A stretch of DNA of 64,000 nt from Alphaproteobacteria bacterium (GTDB taxonomy: Bacteria > Pseudomonadota > Alphaproteobacteria > UBA7985). Numbering within the stretch: the first letter of the stretch is position 1; every line of letters begins with the position of its first letter. The stretch lies in the NCBI GenBank assembly GCA_965228345.1, contig CBDDHH010000003.1:181806-245805 (forward strand), written 5' to 3'. The position numbers and the translations under genes are program-made. The notes beneath the pieces are model-generated. The model searched no databases. It had not been told where the DNA came from and saw only the letters and a program-made list of their open reading frames with translations. Positions 52,458 through 64,000 of the stretch are shown here, piece after piece.

Positions 52458-53579
52458 ATGGCGCAGGTAGACGAGCGCATTCGAAAAGTCGGGTTTATTG
52501 AGAGCATGCTGCGGCGGCCCGAGTTGGGGTCGATCTGCGGGCTGATCATCATCGTCGCCGCCTACATGCTGCTGACGGGACCGATCAACGAACTGGCAGG
52601 GCATAAGAACACGTTCTTCGATATGTGGCGGAACCAGCTAGGCGTTCAGGCCTGGGTCGAGTTGACGGCCTATATCGGCATCATCGGGATTGCGGCGGCC
52701 CTGCTCATGATTTCCGGTGAGTTCGACCTGTCGATTGGGGCCAACGTCGCCTTGGGCGGCCATACCTTGGCTATGATGGTGCTGGCGGGCGTGCCGCTGG
52801 CGCTGGCGATCCTTGTAACCCTGGGCCTCATGCTGGCGGTGGGGTTTGTCACAGGCTTGTTGGTCGTGACGACAGGCCTGCCAAGCTTTATTGTAACCTT
52901 GGGTTTTTGGTTCGCCAATCGCGGGTTTGCCAACTACTTGGCCTTCCGCGTTCACGATACGTCGCGCCTGGACATTAAGCCCCAGCTAGAGGAAACCCGG
53001 GTCTTGCAGGACGGCGAAGTTGTGGAACTGCCCGACCCCACCTGGATCGACGATGTATTTGCCTTCAAGAACGGATTTTTTGGTTTGGAGATCGATTGGC
53101 TTTTGCTCAATGCCGAGGTCTATTACTTTATCATCGTGGCCCTGGTCGCCATTTACATTCTGAATTTTTCTAAGATCGGTAACTGGATTTTTGCCTCGGG
53201 TGGCGATCCCGTCGCGGCGCGGGCCGTTGGGGTGCCCGTGGCCCGGGTAAAAGTGGGGCTGTTTATGACGTCGGCCTTTCTCGCTGGGTTCTTGGGCATT
53301 ATTTTCGTCTTGGCTTCGGGCGTTTCCGACCCCTTGGCGGGCGATTTCCGTGAGTTGCACGCTATTGCTGCCGCCGTGATCGGCGGCACGGCGCTTACCG
53401 GCGGCTACGGCACGGTCATAGGGGCCATCCTGGGCGCGCTTATTTTCTCAATTGTGCAGATCGGCATCCGATTCGTCCCGCTGATCGACAACAACATGTT
53501 CCGGGTCATTGTCGGTCTCATGTTGCTCGGCGCGGCCTTGCTCAATCAGTATATTCGCGGCCGCGTGTTGAAGGGATAG
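52458..53579 (+). CDS. Sugar ABC transporter permease (ribose/xylose-type)
   Basis: About 10 TM segments. Start at ATG 52458 ([10 protein letters not shown]) preceded by GGGGAGG. Confidence 0.8.
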   Translation: MAQVDERIRKVGFIESMLRRPELGSICGLIIIVAAYMLLTGPINELAGHKNTFFDMWRNQLGVQAWVELTAYIGIIGIAAALLMISGEFDLSIGANVALGGHTLAMMVLAGVPLALAILVTLGLMLAVGFVTGLLVVTTGLPSFIVTLGFWFANRGFANYLAFRVHDTSRLDIKPQLEETRVLQDGEVVELPDPTWIDDVFAFKNGFFGLEIDWLLLNAEVYYFIIVALVAIYILNFSKIGNWIFASGGDPVAARAVGVPVARVKVGLFMTSAFLAGFLGIIFVLASGVSDPLAGDFRELHAIAAAVIGGTALTGGYGTVIGAILGALIFSIVQIGIRFVPLIDNNMFRVIVGLMLLGAALLNQYIRGRVLKG

Positions 53580-53583
53580 GGCC

Positions 53584-54360
53584 ATGGACGCGCAACCAAC
53601 CATCGAAATTCGCGGCATTTCCAAGTTCTTTGGCAACATCATTGCCCTCAAGGACATTTCATTTGAGGTGTTCAAGGGCGAGGTGACGGCCCTACTTGGC
53701 GACAATGGCGCGGGCAAATCGACCCTGATCAAGACGCTTGCAGGGGTCCATAAGCCCAGCGAGGGCGAAATTTTGATCGACGGCGACGTGGTCAATTTCG
53801 CATCTCCGCGCGATGCTGCCAATGCAGGTATCGGCGTGGTCTATCAGGATCTGGCTTTGCAACCGCTCATGTCCGTTACCCGAAATTTCTTCTTGGGGCG
53901 TGAAGTGACGCGGCGAGGGCTGCTGGACTTCAAGACCATGAATGCCATCACCCGGGCCGAAATGGCGAAGATTGGCATCGATGTGGCGGACCCCAGCCAG
54001 CCAATCGGCACCATGTCGGGCGGCCAGCGCCAGACCTTGGCCATCGCCCGCGCCATTTATTTTGGTGCCAAAATTTTGATTTTGGATGAACCCACGTCGG
54101 CCCTCGGGCAAAAACAGCAGCTCGAGGTGTTGCGCACCATCAAGCAGGTGAAGGACCGCGGCGACCTGGCTATTGTTTTTATTACTCACAATGATCTGCA
54201 CGCCAAGCTGATCGGGGATCGCTTCGCCTTCCTCAATCGCGGCCGTATTTTGGAATACGGCACGCGGGAGACCATTGATCTAGACAACATCCGTGCGCTC
54301 ATGGCGGGCGGCGCGGAGTTGGCTGAACTGGGGGAGGAGTTCAAGGAGCAGGCAGCGTGA
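53584..54360 (+). CDS. ABC transporter ATP-binding protein
   Basis: Walker [10 protein letters not shown], signature MSGGQRQ, Walker B ILILDEPT. Confidence 0.85.
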   Translation: MDAQPTIEIRGISKFFGNIIALKDISFEVFKGEVTALLGDNGAGKSTLIKTLAGVHKPSEGEILIDGDVVNFASPRDAANAGIGVVYQDLALQPLMSVTRNFFLGREVTRRGLLDFKTMNAITRAEMAKIGIDVADPSQPIGTMSGGQRQTLAIARAIYFGAKILILDEPTSALGQKQQLEVLRTIKQVKDRGDLAIVFITHNDLHAKLIGDRFAFLNRGRILEYGTRETIDLDNIRALMAGGAELAELGEEFKEQAA

Positions 54361-55214
54361 CCAGCACCCTGCATCTGCGCTGCGGCAGCTCCCACGGGTG
54401 CCTGCACCAGGTTCAGCCGCACACGATCAAGGATCGTTGCCCAAACTGGTCTTATGTGGGCTTCGCCGCGCATCGTTTGGACCCCGGTGAAACCCTTAGT
54501 CAGGAAACGGGCGATCAGGAGCATCTGTTGGTGATCCTAACCGGTAAGATGCGCCTGCACGCCCAGACTAGCGCGGATGCGGAAGATCTGGGCACCTTGG
54601 GCGCGCGCACGGATTTGTTCGCGCGCCAGCCAGCCCAGGGCGCGTACATTCCCCCGCGGGCCGCGTGGCGGCTTGAAGCGACGACAGCCCTGGAAGTCGC
54701 CGTCTGCATGGCCCCTGGCAAGCCGGGGCGTCCCGTCCAACGCCTTGCGCCCACGAATGCGACCATGGAGGCGCGCGGCAAGGGCGCCAACACGCGCTAT
54801 GTCAATGCCATCGCGATGGAACAGACAGACATAGCAGAGAGCTTGCTGGTTACCGAAGTCTGGACACCCCAGGGCAATTGGTCGTCGTACCCTCCGCACA
54901 AGCACGACACCGACCAATTTCCTGCAGAAACCTACCTGGAGGAAACCTACTACCACCGCTTGAACCCGCCGCAGGGCTATGGTTATCAGCGGATTTACAA
55001 CGATGATTTAAGCTTGGATGAGAACATCGCGTTTGCGGACCGCGATCTGGTCTTGGTGCCCTCGGGCTACCACCCCTGCGCGGCGCCTTATGGATATGAA
55101 CTTTATTACCTTAACGTCATGGCGGGGCCACGCCGCAACTGGCGTTTCACCAACGATCCCGCGCACGAATGGCTATTTATACGCGACGGCGGTGTGAAGC
55201 CCCAATCGGACTAA
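54357..55214 (+). CDS. iolB: 5-deoxy-glucuronate isomerase
   Basis: Cupin-type protein of 285 aa with the ...SYPPHKHD... motif. GTGA overlap with the ATPase gene. The final GAC TAA lies in sequence shared with repeat copy R9. Confidence 0.75.
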   Translation: MTSTLHLRCGSSHGCLHQVQPHTIKDRCPNWSYVGFAAHRLDPGETLSQETGDQEHLLVILTGKMRLHAQTSADAEDLGTLGARTDLFARQPAQGAYIPPRAAWRLEATTALEVAVCMAPGKPGRPVQRLAPTNATMEARGKGANTRYVNAIAMEQTDIAESLLVTEVWTPQGNWSSYPPHKHDTDQFPAETYLEETYYHRLNPPQGYGYQRIYNDDLSLDENIAFADRDLVLVPSGYHPCAAPYGYELYYLNVMAGPRRNWRFTNDPAHEWLFIRDGGVKPQSD

Positions 55215-55496
55215 TACCAGTTCATAAAGAGTCTGTTTTAAGGAGAACTGGCATAATACCAACGGTCATAAAAAGTGACCTTTTCATGACCGTTTCGTGT
55301 CTCACAGCAGAAACGCGATGAGTTTCGCCTCCCCTTCGCTTATACCCCGAGGCGCGTGTCCGCCGATCTCGGGGCCGCGTGTTTGTGGCGCGGGCGTTCC
55401 CTGCGCCCTTCGGGCTTGGAGCCCGCTACGGGGGCCGCAGTCGCGGCCCTTATACCAGCGAACATAAGAGTCATCTATAAATGCCGCTGGTATAAG
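55214..55496 (+). repeat. Mosaic intergenic repeat, copy R9 (forward; an extra T-type hairpin fused to the left of a full element)
   Basis: T hairpin at 55214-55254, followed by AATACCAACGGTCATAAAAAGTGACC...full module series...A-type hairpin ending CCGCTGGTATAAG. Confidence 0.9.
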
Positions 55497-55638
55497 TAGC
55501 AAATGGCGTCCCAAAAAGATCGGTTTGCGTCCACGAGCTGGGCTGAAAATCTTTTAGGCGATTGCCCGACGCGAACCCAGCCAAACAGCTCTCGTGTCGT
55601 CTTGACGGCACGCAGCCTTCGGCCTAGTCGGGAGGGCC

Positions 55639-56811
55639 ATGGTTCTAGCTATGGCAACTTATTTCAAAAAAACGGCCAGGAGCCTAGGGGCTTTCGCACT
55701 CGCCCTAGCGTTCTTGGCGGCCCCTTCGGACGCCGAGGGGGAGGGCGCGCAGCTTGACGCGGTGGGGTCTGTGCTAGAGCAGGTCCGCGATGCCCTCGAC
55801 CAGTCCGATCTCGACCGAGCGGCGGCTTTGCTGGCGCAGGCGCGCGCCCAGGGCGCAAGTGAAGCGCAGGTGGCGGCGGTCGAGACCGACCTTAGGAACC
55901 AACGCTACGCACAGGCGAACGTGCGGCGGGCGGCGGAGGCGGCGCAGCGTGCCGCCGTCAAAGACACCACAAGAATTACGGCGCCCGAGCAAGTGGCGCG
56001 GATTGCCATGGCCAAGGCAGCGGCGCGGGCCATGGGCGACCCGCGCGCTATGGACTGGCAAGTCGGGGAAACATTTCGCGACGGTGAAGGCTTGCCGACC
56101 ATGGTCGTGATCTCTGAGGGCAGTTTCCTTATGGGCAGCCCGCCCGAGGAGGCTGAACGATACGATGACGAAGGCCCGCAGCGCCGCATGATCTTTGATC
56201 GATCCTTTGCTCTATCTGCGCGCGAGGTGACGTTCGCGCAGTGGGATGCGTGCGTGGCCGACGGCGGGTGCCAGCATCGCCCAGGCGATATGGGCTGGGG
56301 GCGTGGGGAGCGTCCGGTCGTCAATGTCTCGTGGGAGGATATTCAGGCCTATCTCGGCTGGATTAACGCCCAAACTGATGGTGGTTATGGACTTCCTTCC
56401 GAGGCGCAGTGGGAATATGCTGCGCGCGCGGGCACAACAGCGCCGTTTTACACGGGCGCACAGATAACAACCGATCAGGCCAACTTCGACGGTGAAGCCA
56501 CCTATGGCGGCTCAACCCTTGGCGTGGATCGCCGCCAGACCGTACCCGTTGGCAGTTTCGATGCCAACCCTTGGGGCCTCTACGACATGCACGGCAACGT
56601 CTGGGAATGGACACAAGATTGCTGGACCGATACTTTGGCAACCCACGCGGCGGACGGCAGTGCCAATCTGGAGGGCGACTGCCGCTGGCGTGTCGTGCGC
56701 GGTGGATCTTGGTTTGACTATCCGCTCTATCTGCGCTTGGCGCTGCGCAACTGGGACCCCGCTCATCACCGAACCTTCGACCAAGGCTTCCGCTTGTTCA
56801 AAGAACTTTAG
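55639..56811 (+). CDS. Formylglycine-generating-enzyme (SUMF1/EgtB/PvdO) family protein with signal peptide
   Basis: NPWGLYDMHGNVWEWTQDCW and RVVRGGSW motifs. The N-terminus is hydrophobic, followed by an Ala-rich helical region. Confidence 0.8.
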   Translation: MVLAMATYFKKTARSLGAFALALAFLAAPSDAEGEGAQLDAVGSVLEQVRDALDQSDLDRAAALLAQARAQGASEAQVAAVETDLRNQRYAQANVRRAAEAAQRAAVKDTTRITAPEQVARIAMAKAAARAMGDPRAMDWQVGETFRDGEGLPTMVVISEGSFLMGSPPEEAERYDDEGPQRRMIFDRSFALSAREVTFAQWDACVADGGCQHRPGDMGWGRGERPVVNVSWEDIQAYLGWINAQTDGGYGLPSEAQWEYAARAGTTAPFYTGAQITTDQANFDGEATYGGSTLGVDRRQTVPVGSFDANPWGLYDMHGNVWEWTQDCWTDTLATHAADGSANLEGDCRWRVVRGGSWFDYPLYLRLALRNWDPAHHRTFDQGFRLFKEL

Positions 56812-57000
56812 TCCCAGTTCTCCTTAAAACAGGCTCTTTATGAACTGGTATAGGGCCGCGACTGCGGCCCCCGTAGCGGCCCCGAGAATCGCGCGAAAGC
56901 GCCTCGGGGTATCAGCGAAGGGGCGGCGAAACGCATCGCGTTTCTGCCGTGAGACATAAAGCGGCTAAAAAAGTGTCAACTTTTTTGGCCGTTGGTATAA
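56811..57000 (-). repeat. Mosaic intergenic repeat, copy R10 (short form, reverse) between convergent genes
   Basis: T hairpin (degenerate first arm), GGGCCGCGACTGCGGCCC, CCCCGAG..CTCGGGG, GAAACGCatcGCGTTTC, CTGCCGTGAGAC, and the GCGGCTAAAAAAGTGTCAACTTTTTTGGCCGT hairpin. Confidence 0.9.
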
Positions 57001-57059
57001 GCCGTTCTCAATAAAGGGGCACTTGGCTTTACTGCTGGTATGGCGCGCCACCGCAGGCG

Positions 57060-58097
57060 CTAGCGCCGCCGATCTCCCCGGTTGCCCTGGCCTCCGCTCC
57101 TGAAGCTCGCATCGGGCGTTCCCCGATGGCACAGCGGCACCACGGGATAAGCGGTGGTTAGGAAGTAGGCGTAGGTGCCGTCGGGAAAGTCGGGCGTTTG
57201 GGTTTCGAGGCCGTTGCACTCGTCCAGGGTGCCCGCACCCGCGACGTACGCATAGTCGGCATGAAAGGTGCCGTCATAGGTGCCCCCCGGGGCGTCCGAC
57301 CCGCCTGGGCGATTGCCGGACTTGAGGCGCCAGCTCGAGGTCATTTCGGCGACACCTTGGCTGCGTTGGCCGCCCGCGTAACCGTAGAGCGCATAGATGG
57401 GAAAACCATCGGCGGCGTATCCGATCAGGTTGGAATGGGTGCCGGCGTCAAAGCCCTCGCCCGCGCCCATGTCGGTCGCCAAACCGTGGTAGTGATACTT
57501 GCCGCCTGGTTGGATATGGCCGTTCTGACTGTCGAGCCCGAGGGGAATGGCGCCGCCCAAAGCAACATAGTTCCAGCTCGCACCGCCTTTTTCATAGAAC
57601 TCCGCGGCCAAGGGATCGAAGGTCACGCCGTTGAGCGCGATCCCGAAGGATGTGCCAAGGCGCAGGTAAGTCGGTTCGGCGTTCTGGCTTGGCGCGGCGT
57701 CCATGCGGTAGGTGTTAGACTGGGCTTCGACGGATCCGTTGGGGAAGCTACCGACGCGGTGGTCGGGCAAGTTGTTGCTTTCGATCAGGCGGGTATCGCC
57801 GTTTACCGTCATGGTCACCGACGGCGCACCAGCGTAGGTCGTCGCTGTGTTGGTGCGCTGGCGGTTGCTGCCGACTTGTTCTATGTCCCAGGTGCGCCCG
57901 GGGCCGCCGGAGCTGCCACCGCTCCCCCCGCCTCCGCCGCGGCCCGATGCGTCGCTGGCCATGGGTCCTAGCCCGCCATGGTCGTGGTGCTTGCCATGGC
58001 CGCGATGGCGAGGGGGTGATTTTTGCGCGTCTGAACAAGCGGCGAGGAACAGCGCGAGCGCGGTGAAAAGGAGGGCGGGTTTGGCAAAATGAGACAT
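57060..58097 (-). CDS. YHYH-domain lipoprotein
   Basis: Lipobox LFLAAC after MSHFAKPALLFTALA. Gly/Ser-rich linker. GGKYHYHG motif. The start is taken at the internal ATG 58097. Confidence 0.7.
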   Translation of the reverse strand: MSHFAKPALLFTALALFLAACSDAQKSPPRHRGHGKHHDHGGLGPMASDASGRGGGGGSGGSSGGPGRTWDIEQVGSNRQRTNTATTYAGAPSVTMTVNGDTRLIESNNLPDHRVGSFPNGSVEAQSNTYRMDAAPSQNAEPTYLRLGTSFGIALNGVTFDPLAAEFYEKGGASWNYVALGGAIPLGLDSQNGHIQPGGKYHYHGLATDMGAGEGFDAGTHSNLIGYAADGFPIYALYGYAGGQRSQGVAEMTSSWRLKSGNRPGGSDAPGGTYDGTFHADYAYVAGAGTLDECNGLETQTPDFPDGTYAYFLTTAYPVVPLCHRGTPDASFRSGGQGNRGDRRR

Positions 58098-58132
58098 GGG
58101 ATATCCAGAGTCAGAGGGCGTGGGGTCGAGCC

Positions 58133-60054
<1,922 letters not shown>

Positions 60055-60058
<4 letters not shown>

Positions 60059-61023
60059 GCCGCGTCTCGCAGGTTCGCCGCCTGGCCCGCGAGCCAGTCG
60101 TAGGCGATGGAGGCGGCGGCGAGGGCGGTAATCTCGCCCCAGTCGAACGGCGGCGAGACCTCCACCAGGTCCATGGCGACGGTGCGCAAGGCGCGCAGCC
60201 CCCGGATCACCGCCAGCGCTTGCCAAGTCGCCAGGCCCCCGCACACGGGCGTGCCCGTGCCCGGGGCAAAGGCGGGGTCGAGGCAGTCGATATCAAAACT
60301 CAAATAAGCAGGCGCATCGCCGACGCGCGCCTTGATCCGCGCGATCAGGCCCTCGGGGGTTAGGGCATGGCACTCGGGCGCGCCGATTTGCTCGATGCCA
60401 AAGTCCTGGTCCGTATGGGTGCGCAGGCCGACCTGGATCGACCGGCCGGTTTGGATCAGCCCCTCGTTGATCGCGCGGGCAAATATGGTCCCGTGGTCGA
60501 GGGGGCCGAGGCCATCCCAGGTATCAGCATGGGCGTCAAACTGCACAAGGGCGAGGGGGCCGTGCCGCGCGGCCTGCGCTTTGAGCAGGGCGTAGGCGAT
60601 GAAGTGATCGCCGCCCAAGGCTAGGGGACGCACCCCCGCCTCCACCAGCGGCGCGATGCCCGCGCCGATCTGCTCGACTATGGTGGCAGGGTCGTGCGGG
60701 TTCAGGGTCAGATCGCCAAAATCGATTGTCGAGAGTTGGTGAAAAGGATTGAGGCCAAACGCATAGGAGTCCAGCTCAGCCAACTGCGTACTCGCCGCTC
60801 GAATGGCCCTCGGTCCCAAACGCGCGCCCGGGCGATTGGTCACCGCACCGTCGAACGGCACCCCCACCACGGCCACATCTACCCCCGCAAGATCTCGGCT
60901 ATAGGGCCGCCGACAAAACGACAAGGCCCCCCCATAAGTCGCCTCAAAAAACGTCGCGCGCGGGGAGTGGTTCAAAACCGCCTGATCGGTCAATACCTCA
61001 GCGCCCGTGGGTGTCTCAGCCAT
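60055..61023 (-). CDS. Ureohydrolase (agmatinase/guanidinobutyrase family)
   Basis: GGDH, QFDAHADT and SFDIDCLDP manganese-ligand motifs. Start at the internal ATG 61023 (MAETPTG...); the upstream codons of the ORF run into repeat R11. Confidence 0.85.
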
Positions 61024-61104
61024 GAGGTTTTTTTGAGCAACCTGCGCGCGATAGCAAGCCAGAAAATCGCCCCTCTCCCTCCAATTTCGTTCGCAGCGCC
61101 CACT

Positions 61105-61392
61105 GAGACCAACGGTCATAAAAAGTGACCTTTTTATGACCGTTTCGTGTCTCACGGCAGAAACGCTTCGCGTTTCGCCTGTTTGATGCGGTCTCACCTC
61201 GCTCGCTCAGCCCGACCGCGCGACGGGGCCTTCGCTTATACCCCGAGGCGCGTGTCCGCCGATCTCTGGGCCGTTTGTTTTTGGCGCGGGCGTTCCCTGC
61301 GCCCTTTGGGCTTGGAGCCCGCTTCGGGGGCCGCAGTCGCGGCCCTTATCCCAGCGATCATAAGAGTCATTTATAATTGCCGCTGGCATTAG
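61105..61392 (+). repeat. Mosaic intergenic repeat, copy R11 (long form, forward)
   Basis: GAGACCAACGGTCATAAAAAGTGACCTTTTTATGACC...all modules...A-type hairpin ending CCGCTGGCATTAG. It abuts the MFS stop codon. Confidence 0.9.
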
Positions 61393-62624
61393 CCCCCCTT
61401 CTTCTGTCGCTGTACGACGAAGAACAGAACCACGATGAGGGTTGCGCAAACCAGGAAGGGAGCGCCCGGCAGGCGGAAGGCGTCGGCGTCGGTGGGTGTC
61501 GCCCAAATGAAGGTTCCGACCATGAGGAAGGGGGACAGGGTCGAGGCCATGGCGGCGAGGGAGGTGTTAATGCCCTGCAGTTCTCCCTGAACGTCTCTGC
61601 CGACCGCGTTGGACAAGAGCGATGTGATCATAGGGTTGACCATGACCGAGAGGGCCGAGAAGGGAACCGTTAGGTAGATATGGATGCCGTTTTGGGCAAA
61701 ACCCAACATCACAAAACAGATGAGAGCCGCGGCAAGGCCGAGTGTGAGGGTTCTCTCGGACCCCAAGCGCTGAACCAGGGGGCCAAGCAGGACGGCCTGG
61801 ACAAAGGCAAAGGCGCCGCCGACCACGGCCAACGAGATGCCCACATCTTGCCGGTCCCAGCCCGCGACGGCGCGGCCGTAGTAGGACCAAACTGCGGGAT
61901 AAACTGTAAAGACAAGGCTGAATAGAAAGGCCGCCAGCAGCCAGCCCTGAATTTCGGGACGGCGACGAATTTGTCCGAGTGCGCCGAGGGGATTGGCCCG
62001 CGACCATGCAAAAGGGCGGCGGTCTTCGGGGACCAAGGTTTCGGTGAAAAAGACGTAGCCAAAGGCGAAGTTTGCAAAGGCCAAGATCGCGGCGGCAAAG
62101 ATCGGCGCGCGCGCGTCCAAGCCTGCCAAGACGGCGCCGATGGCGGGCCCCAAAACAAAGCCGATGCCAAAACCCGCGCCGACGAACCCAAAGTTGCGCG
62201 CCTTGTTGGATGGTGTTGAGACATCGGCGACGGCGGCGTAGGCGGTGCTGTAGGTTGCCCCTGCAACGCCCGCCAAAATGCGCCCCAAAAACAGTACCCA
62301 AACGGCGCCAGCGAAGCCGAGTATCAGATAGTCGATACCAAGAGCGAATAGGGATACCAGCAAGACCCGACGCCGCCCAAACCGATCCGATAAGTTGCCG
62401 ACCGTTGGCCCTACTAGGAACTGCATGCCCATATAGACCGCCATGAGCCACATGCCGATGCCCGCAATTTCCCCGATTGGGTTGGCCTCCTTAGTTTCTT
62501 GCAAGATGACAGGGTCGAGGCCTTGCAGCTCGGCCAAGATATCGGGCAAGACGGGCATGAGTAAGCCGATGCCCATGGCATCGACAATGACGACCCCGAC
62601 GGCGAAGAAGAGTGTTCTGTTCAT
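61389..62624 (-). CDS. MFS transporter (TCR/Tet-like, 12 TM)
   Basis: 411 aa. GNLSDRFGRRRV (MFS motif A) and the typical TM pattern. Confidence 0.8.
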   Translation of the reverse strand: MNRTLFFAVGVVIVDAMGIGLLMPVLPDILAELQGLDPVILQETKEANPIGEIAGIGMWLMAVYMGMQFLVGPTVGNLSDRFGRRRVLLVSLFALGIDYLILGFAGAVWVLFLGRILAGVAGATYSTAYAAVADVSTPSNKARNFGFVGAGFGIGFVLGPAIGAVLAGLDARAPIFAAAILAFANFAFGYVFFTETLVPEDRRPFAWSRANPLGALGQIRRRPEIQGWLLAAFLFSLVFTVYPAVWSYYGRAVAGWDRQDVGISLAVVGGAFAFVQAVLLGPLVQRLGSERTLTLGLAAALICFVMLGFAQNGIHIYLTVPFSALSVMVNPMITSLLSNAVGRDVQGELQGINTSLAAMASTLSPFLMVGTFIWATPTDADAFRLPGAPFLVCATLIVVLFFVVQRQKKGG

Positions 62625-62780
62625 AAGGCCCCTACCTCAAAGCTGTTCAAGCGACCCCATAAAAGCGCAACTGGCTCTATGCAAAGGCGAACTCATACCA
62701 TCTCCGCGAAGATTTGGCCCTTTCGACCGTGGTGGGCGCAAAGTCGCGCGAATTAAAAATTCATACCAGTTTTCCTTAAG

Positions 62781-62898
62781 GAGACCTCAGCATAATTCGA
62801 CTTCGGATCAAAGGACCACAATATGTGGTGTCATAAAAGCAAAGTTAGCACCCTATCTTGCTATCAACTTTCGATCTTCTGATTTATGCTGAGGTCTC
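62781..62898. repeat. Small palindromic element: perfect 15-bp inverted repeats 88 bp apart
   Basis: GAGACCTCAGCATAA (62781-62795) and TTATGCTGAGGTCTC (62884-62898). An internal hairpin ACCACA-atat-GTGGTG lies near 62814-62829. TTATGCTGAGGTC also occurs at 27539-27551, next to R3. Confidence 0.6.
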
Positions 62899-62902
62899 TA
62901 AG

Positions 62903-62955
62903 AATGACTCTTATACGGGCTCCGCTAAAAACTGACATTTTCAGCGGAGTTGGTA
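62903..62955 (-). repeat. Mosaic repeat fragment R12 (A-module remnant plus CTCCGCT hairpin)
   Basis: AATGACTCTTATA, followed by CTCCGCTAAAAACTGACATTTTCAGCGGAGTTGGTAT. Confidence 0.8.
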
Positions 62956-63111
62956 TCGAATGCGTAAGGCCATCAGGCTGGCGCGCACGGCGATCGCACG
63001 CTGAATGGCGGCGGGGTAGGGGGCCATGAACGCCATGAAGATCGGCACATTGCCGATAGGGTCGAGGGTGACGAACAGAGTCGCGAAGGCGGCGATAAAG
63101 GGCTCGACCAT
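62941..63111 (-). pseudogene. Truncated MarC-family (UPF0056) membrane protein gene; only ~50 N-terminal codons remain, reading into repeat R12
   Basis: Minus-strand translation from ATG 63111 gives MVEPFIAAFATLFVTLDPIGNVPIFMAFMAPYPAAIQRAIAVRASLMALRIRYQLR*. LDPIGNVPIF is the MarC N-terminal signature. The frame changes character at the repeat junction (about 62955) and stops inside the hairpin. Full-length MarC is about 200 aa. Confidence 0.6.
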
Positions 63112-63120
63112 AACTTTGGT

Positions 63121-64000
63121 TTACGCGCTGCGGGTTCGGCGCACAGCGTCTTGCCAGCCCGCCAACTTGTGCGCGCGCGTTGACGCGTCCATGGTGGGGG
63201 CGAACCGTCGATCCTGTGCCCAGCGTGACGGCATGGCCTCGGGCGGCGGCACCAGGTCCAGGTGCAGGCCCGCGAGATAGGCGGCCCCCAAGGCGGTTGT
63301 TTCTAGCAGTTGGGGGCGTTCCACCGGCGCGTCCAAAATATCGGCCAAAAATTGCAAGGTCCAGTCTGAGGCGACCATGCCCCCATCGACGCGCAAGGTC
63401 GCGGGTTCGTGTTCACGGCCCGCGGCGGCCCAGTCGGCCTGCATGGCGACCCAAAGATCGTGGGTTTGGTAGCAGACCGCCTCCAGCGCCGCGCGCGCTA
63501 GCTCCCTGGGGCCTGTATCGCGGGTCAGCCCATAGAGCGCGCCGCGCGCCTGTGCGTCCCAATGCGGCGCGCCCAGGCCTGTAAAGGCAGGCACTAGATA
63601 GACGGAGGCTTCGGCTTGCGCGGCGGCGGCCATGTCCCCGGCTTGGTCGGCGCGCTCAATCAGACCCAGGCCGTCGCGCAGCCATTGCACGGCGGCGCCT
63701 GCGATGAAAATCGACCCCTCGAGGGCGTAGGTCGGCTGACCTGCCAGCTGGTAGGCAAGGGTCGTGAGCAGCTTATTGTGCGAGGGGATGGCGCTCGCGC
63801 CCGTGTTCAGCAAAGCAAAGCAGCCCGTGCCGTAGGTGGATTTGAGCATACCGGGGCGAAAGCAGGCTTGCCCGACGGTGGCGGCCTGCTGGTCCCCCGC
63901 GACGCCGCAAATGGGGACGGCGGCGCCGAGGACGTCGGGGTCGGTGGCGGCGAAGGTCCCGCTGCAATCTCGGACCTCCGCCAGCGCGTTCCTTGGCACT
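63121..64000 (-). CDS. glpK: Glycerol kinase, C-terminal ~293 codons (N-terminus beyond the window end)
   Basis: FGGY kinase C-terminal domain: [34 protein letters not shown]. The frame is open to the window edge. Confidence 0.85.
   Translation of the reverse strand, partial: VPRNALAEVRDCSGTFAATDPDVLGAAVPICGVAGDQQAATVGQACFRPGMLKSTYGTGCFALLNTGASAIPSHNKLLTTLAYQLAGQPTYALEGSIFIAGAAVQWLRDGLGLIERADQAGDMAAAAQAEASVYLVPAFTGLGAPHWDAQARGALYGLTRDTGPRELARAALEAVCYQTHDLWVAMQADWAAAGREHEPATLRVDGGMVASDWTLQFLADILDAPVERPQLLETTALGAAYLAGLHLDLVPPPEAMPSRWAQDRRFAPTMDASTRAHKLAGWQDAVRRTRSA

Noticed and set aside
62823-62882. 19-codon ORF (MWCHKSKVSTLSCYQLSIF) inside the 118-bp palindromic mini-element
   Set aside because: It has no RBS, and its start lies inside a hairpin stem. 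It is too short and shows no supporting conservation in the window.

Overview
GC-rich chromosomal window that looks alphaproteobacterial, judged from fabD-fabG-acpP-fabF-mltG synteny, a 41-aa alpha-type L36 and iol catabolic genes. This taxon call is an inference.

Contents from left to right:
(1) The first 2102 codons of a giant Calx-beta repeat protein on the minus strand, preceded by ttcA. It is absent from the ORF track because it has no stop codon inside the window.
(2) A 16.7-kb phage-like head and short-tail morphogenesis cluster: terS, terL, portal, scaffold, capsid, and a tail fibre with an S74 chaperone domain. It has no integrase, repressor, replication or lysis genes, even though host-like genes are visible on both flanks. 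Three genes are inserted between the capsid and tail genes: a Panacea (DUF4065) antitoxin, an overlapping 129-aa partner of unknown family, and a RelA/SpoT (toxSAS-like) synthetase.
(3) A 9-kb envelope-glycan cluster encoding a mycobacterial-type lipid-linked D-arabinofuranose donor pathway: a HAD::UbiA fusion plus DprE1-like, DprE2-like and GtrA-like proteins. It also has a polytopic GT-C-like membrane protein, an epimerase, an FAD oxidoreductase and an FkbM methyltransferase.
(4) Housekeeping and catabolic blocks: thioredoxin-like protein, HNH endonuclease, LpxL-type acyltransferase, TIM-barrel isomerase, rpmJ, OmpR-type regulator, the fab operon, mltG, ClC channel, RpiR plus iolE/iolD/iolB with a sugar ABC transporter, FGE-like protein, YHYH lipoprotein, acetoacetyl-CoA synthetase, agmatinase-family enzyme, MFS transporter, a truncated marC and the 3' part of glpK.

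A modular hairpin-mosaic repeat family lies across the whole window, and I do not recognise it as any named family. It has 13 copies totalling about 3 kb, found at almost every operon boundary and once inside an ABC operon. A second, smaller repeat (G-element) often sits just 5' of gene starts.

No rRNA, tRNA or CRISPR array was seen. All calls come from reading the sequence and the ORF translations. Repeat boundaries are accurate to about 5 bp. No database search was possible.
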